Part shown: positions 9,924-18,230 of the stretch, piece by piece
How the letters are laid out: each line of letters begins with the position of its first letter
Position numbering within the stretch: the stretch's first letter is position 1
Source: Candidatus Eiseniibacteriota bacterium
GTDB taxonomy: Bacteria; Eisenbacteria; RBG-16-71-46; SZUA-252
NCBI GenBank assembly: GCA_038060295.1
Contig: JBBTHR010000007.1
Location: 10,094-65,091, forward strand
Length of the DNA stretch: 54,998 nucleotides
Direction: 5' to 3'
Notes under the pieces: generated by a model
What the model was told of the DNA's origin: nothing
Databases searched by the model: none
What the model saw: only the letters and a program-made list of their open reading frames with translations
Program-made: the position numbers and the translations under genes

Positions 9924-10634
9924 GTGACCGTGCTGCCTGAACTCGCCCTCCTTCTGGAACTCCAGCGGCGCGACGCGGCCCTGGCCGAGAGCAAGCGTCG
10001 CCAGGGCGAGTTTCCGAAGCGCCGCCAGGCGCTGGCCTTGGCGCTCGACCGAGCGCGAGCGTCGCTTCTCGGTATCCAGAAAGAGCGGGAGGCGGTACGG
10101 CTCGCGCGCCGGGTCCTGGAAAAGGAGGTCGAGTCGTTCCAGGCGGAACTGACCCGGCTGGAGAAGCAGCTCTTCGACGTGAAGACGAACGACGAGTTCA
10201 CGGCGATGCAGCACCAGATCGCCAACGTGAAGTCGAAGCGCTCCGACGGCGAGACCGAGATTCTCGAGCTGATGGATCGGGAGGAGTCGCTGACGGCCGG
10301 AGTGGCGAAGGGCGAGGGGGTCGTGGCGGAAGCCGAGCGGGCGCTTAAGGACGGGAACGCCACGCTCGACGCGGAGGCGGCGGCGCTGGATGCCGAGGTT
10401 TCCGAGCGGACGCACGTCCGCGACGAGGGGCGTGCCCCGATCGGCGCCCCGACGCTGGCGAAGTACGACCGGCTCTACGCGGGCCGGGAGGGGCTCGCGA
10501 TCGTTCGTGTAGACAACAACGCCTGCGGTGCGTGTCACCGCGCGCTCACGGCGCACGATATGCAGCTCGCAAAACAAGGGGAGTCGATCCTCAGCTGCGA
10601 AGGATGTGGGAGGATCGTCGTTTATGGGGGCTGA
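9924..10634 (+). CDS. COG1579/zf-RING_7-type coiled-coil protein with a C-terminal C4 zinc ribbon
   Basis: Long coiled-coil followed by CGACHRAL...(x17)...CEGCGRIVV. GGGAGG at 9910-9915 lies upstream of GTG 9924. The track's ATG 9879 would place the tRNA terminator inside the CDS. Confidence 0.75.
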   Translation: MTVLPELALLLELQRRDAALAESKRRQGEFPKRRQALALALDRARASLLGIQKEREAVRLARRVLEKEVESFQAELTRLEKQLFDVKTNDEFTAMQHQIANVKSKRSDGETEILELMDREESLTAGVAKGEGVVAEAERALKDGNATLDAEAAALDAEVSERTHVRDEGRAPIGAPTLAKYDRLYAGREGLAIVRVDNNACGACHRALTAHDMQLAKQGESILSCEGCGRIVVYGG

Positions 10635-11124
10635 GGCGGTTCGGGTCAGGGCAACTCGATCGGATCCCCAGTTCGGTTGGGCAGTCAAGCTCGGCGCCCG
10701 ATACTTGGTGTTTGCCGACTCCTTGTTCGAGACTCCTGCATACAGCCCGACATCGTGGCATGGAGAATACCCGAGTGTGTTTCGCGTCGACCTTTCGCCG
10801 AACGACTCTGCACGATTCGTCCGCAATATCGATGGGCTTCTACTGGAACACATAGGAAGGGAGTACATTCTTGCTGGCGGCACTCCGATCGGCCGGGATT
10901 TCATCGACTCAACAGCCACACGATTGGTAGAGGAACGGCTTCTCGACATGAGACGCAATCACGACGAGTCCGCCGCACGGGCAACGACCAGCAGGCCATT
11001 GGACAAGTCTCGTCGCGAGGCCTCGGGGGGCCCCCAGAGCGCCTGCATCACGGAATCGACTTTCCTGAGACTCGTCTCGGAATGGCGTGAGGAAGCAGCG
11101 CGGAAGTCGCCTCCGGCACACTGA
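10624..11124 (+). CDS. Hypothetical protein (166 aa) in a compositionally atypical low-GC segment
   Basis: ATG 10624 overlaps the upstream stop. The translation looks like a globular protein (YLVFADSLFETPAYSPTSWHGEYPSVFRVDL...GREYILAGGTPIGRDFIDS). I recognise no family. Third-codon positions are not GC-biased, unlike neighbouring genes. Confidence 0.5.
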   Translation: MGAEAVRVRATRSDPQFGWAVKLGARYLVFADSLFETPAYSPTSWHGEYPSVFRVDLSPNDSARFVRNIDGLLLEHIGREYILAGGTPIGRDFIDSTATRLVEERLLDMRRNHDESAARATTSRPLDKSRREASGGPQSACITESTFLRLVSEWREEAARKSPPAH

Positions 11125-12904
11125 GCATGTTCGCGTATCACCCATCCAGAAGGGACCTACCATCGGAGCCCTGAAGCACCTCCTGCCCTACCTGCTGCGT
11201 CACCGCGGGGCGCTCGTTCTCGGCGCCATCTCGGTCGTGCTCACGAATCTCTTCCAGGTCTGGACGCCATGGCTGGTCCGGAGTGCCGTGGACCACCTCG
11301 AGGGCGGCGCCACCTCCCGGGGACTCCTCGGGGACGCGGGGCTCATCCTCCTCGCGGTCGCGCTGCAGGGCGTCTTCCTCTTCACCATGCGCTGGTCGCT
11401 CATCCGCGCGTCGCGCATCATGGAGTACGAACTCCGAAACGATATCTTCCGCCACATCGCGCGGCTGCCGGCCCGCACCTATCGGACGCGCAAGGTCGGC
11501 GACCTCCTCTCCCGCGCCACCAACGATCTCGATGCCGTCCGGAACTTCCTCGGACCGGGCATCATGTACTTCGCCAACACCTGCGCGACCTTCGTCATGG
11601 CGGTCACGGTGATGTGCCGCATCGACTGGCGTCTCACCCTGATCGCGCTCATTCCGCTCCCGATCCTCTCCATCCTCGTGGCGCGCCTTGGAGCGAAGCT
11701 CCACCACCACTACGAGGCGATCCAGGAGTCGTTCGCCTCCCTCACCGCGAAGGCGCAGGAGACGCTCTCCGGCATTCGCGTCGTGAAGGCGCACGTGGAG
11801 GAGGAGGGCGAGTACCAGGCCTTCAAGAAGATCCACGACGTCTACCTGGAGCGGAATCGGCAGATGATCAAGCTCCAGGCCGGCATGTGGCCGACGATGT
11901 CGCTCGTCGGGGGGATTGCGGCCGCGGTCGTTCTCTGGGTGGGCGGCTCGGCGGTCGTGGCGGGGCGGATCTCGCTCGGGTCGCTGGTCGCGTTCCAGAT
12001 CTACTTGGCCATGCTCCTCTGGCCCATGATCGCCCTCGGATGGGTGACGAACCTCTTCCAGCGCGGCGCCGCCTCCATGGGGCGAATCCAGGCGATTCTG
12101 GAGGAGCCGGCTGAGGAAGATGTGGACGCCCTGGGGCCGCTGCCGACGAACGACGTCACCGTGGAACTGCGCGGAGTCGGCTATCGCTACCCCGGAACCG
12201 AGCGCGACGTGCTCCGCGACGTGAACCTCACGATCCGCCCGGGCGATCGCGTGGCGTTGGTGGGGAGGACGGGCGCGGGGAAGACGACGCTGCTCCAGTT
12301 GATCGCGCGCCTCGACGAGCCGACGTCGGGAACGATCAGCGTCGGTGGAGTTCCGAGCTCCTCGTGGGCGCGGAGCACCCTCCGGCGGCGCTTCGGCATC
12401 GTGCCGCAGGAGACCTTCCTCTTCTCCGACACGATCCGCGCCAACATTGGATTCGGCTATGCGGAGGGTGAGGTGGCCCCCGACGCCCTGATCGTGGCCC
12501 GGCGCGCGGGGCTGGAGAGCGACCTCTCCCAGTTCCCGCAGGGCCTCGATACGACCATCGGAGAACGCGGAATCACCCTGAGCGGCGGCCAGAAGCAGCG
12601 CGTGGCACTGGCGCGGTCGTTGGCGCTGGAGCGGCCGGTGCTCCTCCTCGACGACTGCTTCGCCAGTGTCGATCCCGGAACGGAGGAGCGGATCTTGGAG
12701 TCGCTCTTCGATCTGCCGACCAAGCCGACGATCCTCCTCGCGACCCACCGGCGCTCGGCGCTCCTTCGCGTCGACCGGATCGTGGTCCTCGACGGGGGGC
12801 GGATCGTCGCCAGCGGCTCGCACGCGGAACTGCTGAGGGCGGGCGGCCTCTACGCGGAGCTTTACCACCGCGAGGAAGTCGTCGAGGAGCTGGAGGCGCT
12901 ATGA
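11087..12904 (+). CDS. ABC exporter, fused permease/ATPase subunit carrying the degenerate ATP site (Walker B LLLDD)
   Basis: Six-TM exporter domain plus an NBD: Walker A GRTGAGKTT, signature LSGGQKQR, Walker B VLLLDDC (Asp in place of the catalytic Glu), H-loop LATHR. GTG 11087 is the only canonical start, so the 5' end is uncertain. Confidence 0.9.
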   Translation: MRKQRGSRLRHTEHVRVSPIQKGPTIGALKHLLPYLLRHRGALVLGAISVVLTNLFQVWTPWLVRSAVDHLEGGATSRGLLGDAGLILLAVALQGVFLFTMRWSLIRASRIMEYELRNDIFRHIARLPARTYRTRKVGDLLSRATNDLDAVRNFLGPGIMYFANTCATFVMAVTVMCRIDWRLTLIALIPLPILSILVARLGAKLHHHYEAIQESFASLTAKAQETLSGIRVVKAHVEEEGEYQAFKKIHDVYLERNRQMIKLQAGMWPTMSLVGGIAAAVVLWVGGSAVVAGRISLGSLVAFQIYLAMLLWPMIALGWVTNLFQRGAASMGRIQAILEEPAEEDVDALGPLPTNDVTVELRGVGYRYPGTERDVLRDVNLTIRPGDRVALVGRTGAGKTTLLQLIARLDEPTSGTISVGGVPSSSWARSTLRRRFGIVPQETFLFSDTIRANIGFGYAEGEVAPDALIVARRAGLESDLSQFPQGLDTTIGERGITLSGGQKQRVALARSLALERPVLLLDDCFASVDPGTEERILESLFDLPTKPTILLATHRRSALLRVDRIVVLDGGRIVASGSHAELLRAGGLYAELYHREEVVEELEAL

Positions 12905-14805
12905 GCGGACCGTTCGGATCGGCCGCCGACGACGGCGACGCGCACGGCAAGATCTACGACCGGCGCCTGGCGCGCCGTCTCCTCCAGTATCTCAAGCCGT
13001 ATCGGAAAGAGGTCATCGTCTCCGTAATCCTCCTCGGGGCGATCTCGCTCCTGGAGGTGGCCGGACCCTACCTGACCAAGGTCGCCATCGATCGCTACGT
13101 GAAGCCGGCCGCGGGAATGAGCGTGGCGCAGGCCGAGGCGACGCGCGGGCTGATGATGCTGGCGGGAGCCTACATCGGCGTCCTGGCGGGAGCCTTCGTC
13201 CTTCGCTTCTGGCAGACCTACATCATGGGAATGGTGGGGCAGAAGGCGATGCAGGACCTCCGCCTCGGCATCTTCCGCCACCTCGAGACGTTGACCCCCT
13301 CCTACTTCGACACGCGCCCCGTGGGGCGGATCCTGACGCGCGTCACGCAGGACGTGGCGGTGCTGAACGAACTCTTCGCACAGGGGGTCGTGGCCGTCAT
13401 CGGCGACCTCTTCATGGTCGGCGGCATCGTGGCCGCCATGTTCTGGCTCAACTGGAGACTGGCGCTGGTCACCATGACGACGGTCGTGCTCCTGGTATTC
13501 GCCACGGCCATCTTCCGCGCGAAGGTGCGCGTCTCCTACCGGCGGGTCCGGTCGCGCCTGGCGCGGCTGAACGCCTTCCTGCAGGAGCACTTTCAAGGTC
13601 TCGACATTCTGAAGCTCTTCAACGTGGAAGCGAAGCAGTCGCGGAAGTTCGACGAGGCGAACAAGGCGCACTTGGACGCGCATGTCCAGAACGTCTTCTA
13701 CTACGCCGTCTTCTTCCCGGCGGTCGAGTTCATCGGCGCCATCGCGCTCGCCCTCATCGTCTGGTACGGCGGCGCGGGCGTTCTGGCGGGGACGGTGACG
13801 TTCGGCATCGTGGTCGCGTTCATCCAGTACGCCGACCGCTTCTATCAGCCGGTGCGCGACCTGAGCGAGAAGTACAACGTCTTCCAGGCGGCCATGGTCT
13901 CGAGCGAGCGGATCTTCGAGACGTTCGACACGGTGCCCGCGGTGGCAGACCCTCCGGGAGAGAGCGCGGCGGCGATGCCGGCGCGGCTCCGCGGAGAGGT
14001 CGAGTTCGACCGCGTCTGGTTCGCGTACAAGGACGAGGGGTGGGTGCTCCGCGACGTCTCGTTCAAGATCGCACCGGGAGAGAAGGTGGCGATCGTGGGT
14101 GCGACGGGGGCGGGGAAGACGACGATCTCGAATCTTTTGACCCGCTTCTACGAATTCCAGCGCGGCGCGATCCGCGTGGATGGCCGGAATGTGAGGGATA
14201 TCCCGGGCGCGACGCTACGGCGTCAGATCGGGCTCGTGCTGCAGGATGTCTTCCTCTTCAGCGGCACGGTGAGGGAGAACATCCGCTTCGGCGCGCGCGA
14301 GCGGCCCGAGGGCGATGCCGACCTTGCGCTGGCCCAGGTGGGCGGCGAACGGCTCAAGGCGCGTCTCCCCCATGGGCTCGGCGAGGAAGTGGGGGAGCGC
14401 GGCGCGTTCTTCTCGATGGGCGAGCGGCAGATCCTCGCCTTCGCGCGGGCGCTCCATTACGACCCGTCGATCCTGATCCTCGACGAAGCGACCTCCAGCG
14501 TGGACGTGGAGACGGAGCGGGTCATCCAGGCGGCGCTCCATCGGCTGCTGGAAGGGCGGACCTCCCTGGTCATCGCGCATCGGTTGAGCACCATTCTCGA
14601 CGCCGATCGGATTCTCGTGATGCACAAGGGCGAGCTGCGAGAGCAGGGGACCCACGAGGAACTTCTGGCGAAGGGTGGGATCTACGCACGGCTCTATGAA
14701 CTCCAGTACAAGAACGGGCGCGGGGAGGCGGCCGTCGCTTCGGCTGCCCCCGACGTCAGCGTCGAGATGCCGACATCGATCGCGGCCGAGGGCGAGACCG
14801 AGTGA
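12901..14805 (+). CDS. ABC exporter, fused permease/ATPase subunit carrying the consensus ATP site (Walker B LILDEA)
   Basis: Walker A GATGAGKTT, non-canonical signature FSMGERQ, Walker B ILILDEATS, H-loop VIAHRLS. ATGA overlap with the upstream ABC gene. Confidence 0.92.
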   Translation: MSGPFGSAADDGDAHGKIYDRRLARRLLQYLKPYRKEVIVSVILLGAISLLEVAGPYLTKVAIDRYVKPAAGMSVAQAEATRGLMMLAGAYIGVLAGAFVLRFWQTYIMGMVGQKAMQDLRLGIFRHLETLTPSYFDTRPVGRILTRVTQDVAVLNELFAQGVVAVIGDLFMVGGIVAAMFWLNWRLALVTMTTVVLLVFATAIFRAKVRVSYRRVRSRLARLNAFLQEHFQGLDILKLFNVEAKQSRKFDEANKAHLDAHVQNVFYYAVFFPAVEFIGAIALALIVWYGGAGVLAGTVTFGIVVAFIQYADRFYQPVRDLSEKYNVFQAAMVSSERIFETFDTVPAVADPPGESAAAMPARLRGEVEFDRVWFAYKDEGWVLRDVSFKIAPGEKVAIVGATGAGKTTISNLLTRFYEFQRGAIRVDGRNVRDIPGATLRRQIGLVLQDVFLFSGTVRENIRFGARERPEGDADLALAQVGGERLKARLPHGLGEEVGERGAFFSMGERQILAFARALHYDPSILILDEATSSVDVETERVIQAALHRLLEGRTSLVIAHRLSTILDADRILVMHKGELREQGTHEELLAKGGIYARLYELQYKNGRGEAAVASAAPDVSVEMPTSIAAEGETE

Positions 14806-15980
14806 GCGCCTCCAACGAGAAGGACCTCGCGCTCGCCGTGGCCCTCGCGCGCGAAGCGGGGACGTTGCTGAAGCGCAACTTCGGCGAGGCGCAGGAGATC
14901 GACTACAAGGGGCGCATCAACCTCGTCACGCGGATGGATCACGAGTCGGAGCGGCTGATCGTCGGCCGCATCCACGACGCCCATCCTGGCGACGACGTCG
15001 TGGCCGAGGAAGGGCACGGCCGAAGCGGTGGCGCCGATCGGGTCTGGATCGTCGATCCGCTCGACGGCACCGTGAACTACGCACACGAGTATCCGGTCTG
15101 GTCGGTCTCGATCGCGCTGCAAGTGGCGGGGCGACTCGAGGTCGGGGTCGTCTACAACCCCCTGCTCGAGGAACTCTATGCCGGGCGCCGGGGCGGCGGC
15201 GTGACGCTGAACGGGAGGCCGCGGCGCGTCACGACCTGCGACACGCTGGAGAAGGCGATGGTCGCGACCGGGTTTTCGTACGATCTGAGCTGCGACCACG
15301 AGCGGAACAATCTCGGGCCGTTCGGAAGGTTCTTGATGCGCGCCCAGGCCGTGCGGCGGGCAGGCTCGGCGGCGCTGGCGATTTCCAAGGTCGCTGTGGG
15401 GCGGACCGACGGATTCTGGGAGCGGAATCTCCAGCCCTGGGACATGGCTGCGGCGGCGCTTCTGGTGGAGGAGGCGGGCGGGCGTCTCTCCGATTACGAG
15501 GGGGGCTCGGGGTGGATGGAGGCGAAGCAACTGGTCGCCACGAACGGGCATCTGCACGATCAAATGCTCGCGGTGCTGCACGATCGGCCTCCAGTGGACT
15601 GGGGGCTTCCGTCGGTCGCGGGCGATCCGCCGCCGCGCGATCAGATGACGGTCTATTTCGTCGGCTATCTCTTCGTGGGGCCGAATCGAGAGCTTCCGGA
15701 AGCGGAGGGCGACCGAATTCAGCGCGAGCATCTCGCCTACATGCGGGGCCAGATGGAACGGGGGAATTACACCCTGACCGGTCCGTTCACCGACGGCGGG
15801 GATCCGCGGGGACTCATCGTGATGCGCGCGGAGTCGATCGAGGCGGCGCGGGCGCTGGTCGAGGCGGATCCCGCCGTTCGAGCAGGCGTGTTGCGCGCCG
15901 AGATTCGCCCGTGGTACTCGGCGAAGGGAATCGGGATCTACCCCGGCAGGGGTGCGGCAGAGCCGGAGGGCTCGGCGTGA
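14802..15980 (+). CDS. Inositol monophosphatase (SuhB/IMPase) family protein fused to a C-terminal YciI-like domain
   Basis: IMPase motifs EEG...WIVDPLDGTVNY and WDMAAAALLVEEAGG span roughly the first 260 aa. After a PPxD linker comes an ~110-aa YciI/DGPF-like module (MTVYFVGYLFVGPN...LTGPFTDGGDPRGLIVMRAESIEAARALVEADPAVRAGVLRAEIRPWY). GTGA overlap with the upstream gene. Confidence 0.8.
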   Translation: MSASNEKDLALAVALAREAGTLLKRNFGEAQEIDYKGRINLVTRMDHESERLIVGRIHDAHPGDDVVAEEGHGRSGGADRVWIVDPLDGTVNYAHEYPVWSVSIALQVAGRLEVGVVYNPLLEELYAGRRGGGVTLNGRPRRVTTCDTLEKAMVATGFSYDLSCDHERNNLGPFGRFLMRAQAVRRAGSAALAISKVAVGRTDGFWERNLQPWDMAAAALLVEEAGGRLSDYEGGSGWMEAKQLVATNGHLHDQMLAVLHDRPPVDWGLPSVAGDPPPRDQMTVYFVGYLFVGPNRELPEAEGDRIQREHLAYMRGQMERGNYTLTGPFTDGGDPRGLIVMRAESIEAARALVEADPAVRAGVLRAEIRPWYSAKGIGIYPGRGAAEPEGSA

Positions 15981-16420
15981 GCGCCGTAGTGACGTGCCGC
16001 GTGATGCGGGAGGCCGATGCTCCGCGAGTGGCGGAATTGGCCGGAGAACTTGGCTATCCCTCCACGGCCGAGCAGATCCTGTTGCGGAAGGCGGTCCTCG
16101 ATCGTCAGGGCATGTCCGTGGTCTACGTCGCGGAGGCAGCCAATGGCCAGATCGTGGGCTGGATCGTCGTCAGCGAGATCTGCTCCATGGAACTCGACCC
16201 GCATGCGGAGGTGAAGGGTCTGGTCGTCACGGGCTCAGCCCGAAGCGGCGGCGTGGGCGCGACGTTGATGGAAGCCGGTGAAACCTGGGCGCGCTCCCGC
16301 GGGCTAAAGGAGATGGTCCTCCGGAGCAACGTCATCCGCGAGCGGGCGCACGCGTTCTATAGGCGGCTGGGGTACGAGGAGCAGAAACGGCAGGTGAAGT
16401 TGAAGCGACGGCTAGCGTGA
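15977..16420 (+). CDS. GNAT family N-acetyltransferase
   Basis: About 147 aa with an acetyl-CoA binding region (VVTGSARSGGVGATLMEAGETWARSRG) and ...AHAFYRRLGYEE. GTGA overlap with the upstream stop; ATG 16004 is an alternative start. The 581-aa track ORF is real only in its last ~148 codons. Confidence 0.8.
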   Translation: MSAVVTCRVMREADAPRVAELAGELGYPSTAEQILLRKAVLDRQGMSVVYVAEAANGQIVGWIVVSEICSMELDPHAEVKGLVVTGSARSGGVGATLMEAGETWARSRGLKEMVLRSNVIRERAHAFYRRLGYEEQKRQVKLKRRLA

Positions 16421-16555
16421 TCACTCGTCGCCGAGTCTGACGACCTTTCGCAAATCCTCGGCCCACCCCACGGCATTCTCCTTCGGCTCGAAGGAGAAAA
16501 TCTCCGTCACACGCTGACCGACCGCGCGCACCCGAACTCCTCCGCCTCGCCTCGT

Positions 16556-17056
16556 CTAACCCCCGGTTGCGGCGGCCATGGTGTCGGGATCGAGAGCGGA
16601 CGTCAAGAACTCGGCACGGAGCGTCTCCATCTCGCCCTCGGCTCCTTGGGGATCGAGCCTACGGACCATCCGGAGCCAGGCCACGAGCGCCTTTAACTCC
16701 TGCTTGGTGAAGACGGAAAGCGCGGAGGCCGGTGTCTTGGTACGTGCCTCCCAGACCACCGCGCAGGCGGAGCGGAGGCAGTGCGTGGCGGCATCGGGGT
16801 CCTTCCCGCGGATCGCTTGTGCCAGCAATCGGAGCGCTCGCGCGAGCCAACCGTAGCCTTCGTCCTTCGCGGAGTTGATGCCAATCGCCATCTGGAAGTG
16901 GCGCGCGGCCTCCCGGAGTTTGGCGGCCGCGTGGGCGGGCGTCGTCTCCTGTGTCGCGGCGTCCACGAGCGTGCGTCCGCGGCTCATGGCGTCATCCCAC
17001 TCCCTCGTCCCCTCGTGCGCCAGCGTGAGAGCCTGCTCGATGTTGTCGCCTTGCAT
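16556..17056 (-). CDS. Hypothetical all-helical protein (166 aa)
   Basis: ATG 17056 is preceded by AGGAGA at 6-nt spacing. The ORF-track start at 17101 is an upstream extension. No family recognised. It is the lone minus-strand gene between convergent and tandem neighbours. Confidence 0.5.
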   Translation of the reverse strand: MQGDNIEQALTLAHEGTREWDDAMSRGRTLVDAATQETTPAHAAAKLREAARHFQMAIGINSAKDEGYGWLARALRLLAQAIRGKDPDAATHCLRSACAVVWEARTKTPASALSVFTKQELKALVAWLRMVRRLDPQGAEGEMETLRAEFLTSALDPDTMAAATGG

Positions 17057-17273
17057 GGTGCTTCTCCTGTGGTCCGGGTCGAGGGGACCGAAGGAGAGCA
17101 AGATCGGGGCCCGGTCTCGTCAACTCAGGCCGAGATCCGAGCGTGTAAGTTGTTACCAGGGATGGTGATGGCAATTCGCAACGGAGTGTGCGAAGGCGCG
17201 CGGATGCAAACTGCCGACGCGATGGGGCGGGGTGCAGCGCGGGGCTTGTGAACGAGTCGAAAGGCGGGGTGTT

Positions 17274-18230
17274 CTACGTCGCCGCAGGTAGCGCGCGAAG
17301 GCGAGCCTCGTACCCCTCCACGAAGCGTCGCACCACCTCCGCCGCGGGAATCACGTCGTGGATGAGGCCGCTCGATTGGCCCGCTTCCAGTTCACCCTCG
17401 ACCACATCTCCCTCCAGAATCCCGAGGCGCGCGTGCTTCTGGCCGTAAACGGCCGTTAGTTCCTCGCGCGAGGCGCCTCGTGCCTCGGCTTCGCGCACGC
17501 GCTCGACCCAGGCGTTCTTGATCGCGCGCACCGGGCCGAGCGGCTTCGCGAAGAGGGCCGTTCCGGTGTCGCCGGCCTCCACCACGGCGCGCTTGTAGTT
17601 CTCGTGCGCGCTCGACTCGAGCGTGGCGGCGAAGCGGGTTCCGACGGAGATACCCTCGGCGCCGAGCGCCATGGCGGCCAGGAATCCGCGGCCGTCGGCG
17701 ATTCCGCCTGCGGCCACGACCGGGACCTTGACCGCATCGACGAGCTGGGGGATCAACGCGAGCGTCGTGATTTCGTCGGGGCTGTTGTGTCCGCCGGCCT
17801 CGAACCCTTCGCCGATCACGATGTCGACGCCGCACGCCGCGGCCTTCCGGCCGTGCTTCACGGCGGGGACCACGTGGATCCAGGTTGCTCCAGCGCGCTT
17901 GATTCGTTCGGCTACGAGGGCGGGGTTTCCGGCGCTGGTGACGACGACGTCGATTCCTTCGCCCAGCGTGATTTCCAGGAGCTCGTTCGCGTCACCACGG
18001 AGAAGCGGGATGTTCACCGCGAGCCGCCCCTTCGTCGCGGCGCGCGCCTTGGGGATCTGCTCGCGGAGCATCTCCTGCTTCATGGATCCGGAGCCGATGC
18101 AGCCGAGTATTCCGGCTTCCGCACAGGCGGCGGCCAGGCGATACCCCGAAGCCCAGACCATCCCCGCTTGGAGGATGGGGTAGCGGATCTTGAGGATGTC
18201 GGTGACGCGCGTGCGGATAGACTCGATCAC
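17274..18230 (-). CDS. FMN-dependent oxidoreductase of the nitronate monooxygenase / FabK (enoyl-ACP reductase II) family
   Basis: TIM-barrel NMO signature ([10 protein letters not shown]..., [30 protein letters not shown]). The GTG 18230 start forms a GTGA overlap with the aroC stop. Confidence 0.85.
   Translation of the reverse strand: MIESIRTRVTDILKIRYPILQAGMVWASGYRLAAACAEAGILGCIGSGSMKQEMLREQIPKARAATKGRLAVNIPLLRGDANELLEITLGEGIDVVVTSAGNPALVAERIKRAGATWIHVVPAVKHGRKAAACGVDIVIGEGFEAGGHNSPDEITTLALIPQLVDAVKVPVVAAGGIADGRGFLAAMALGAEGISVGTRFAATLESSAHENYKRAVVEAGDTGTALFAKPLGPVRAIKNAWVERVREAEARGASREELTAVYGQKHARLGILEGDVVEGELEAGQSSGLIHDVIPAAEVVRRFVEGYEARLRALPAAT

Noticed and set aside
14675-15976. Upstream 434 codons of the 581-aa ORF 14675-16420
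   Set aside because: It is an out-of-frame overlap with the IMPase-YciI gene and gives an Arg/Gly-rich translation. Only the last ~148 codons (the GNAT) look genuine.
16478-16496. Hairpin CTCCTTCG-GCT-CGAAGGAG between the convergent GNAT and orphan genes, considered as a terminator
   Set aside because: On the plus strand the stem is followed by an A-tract, not a T-tract. On the minus strand the T-tract precedes rather than follows the stem. It may still be structural, but I cannot support a terminator call.
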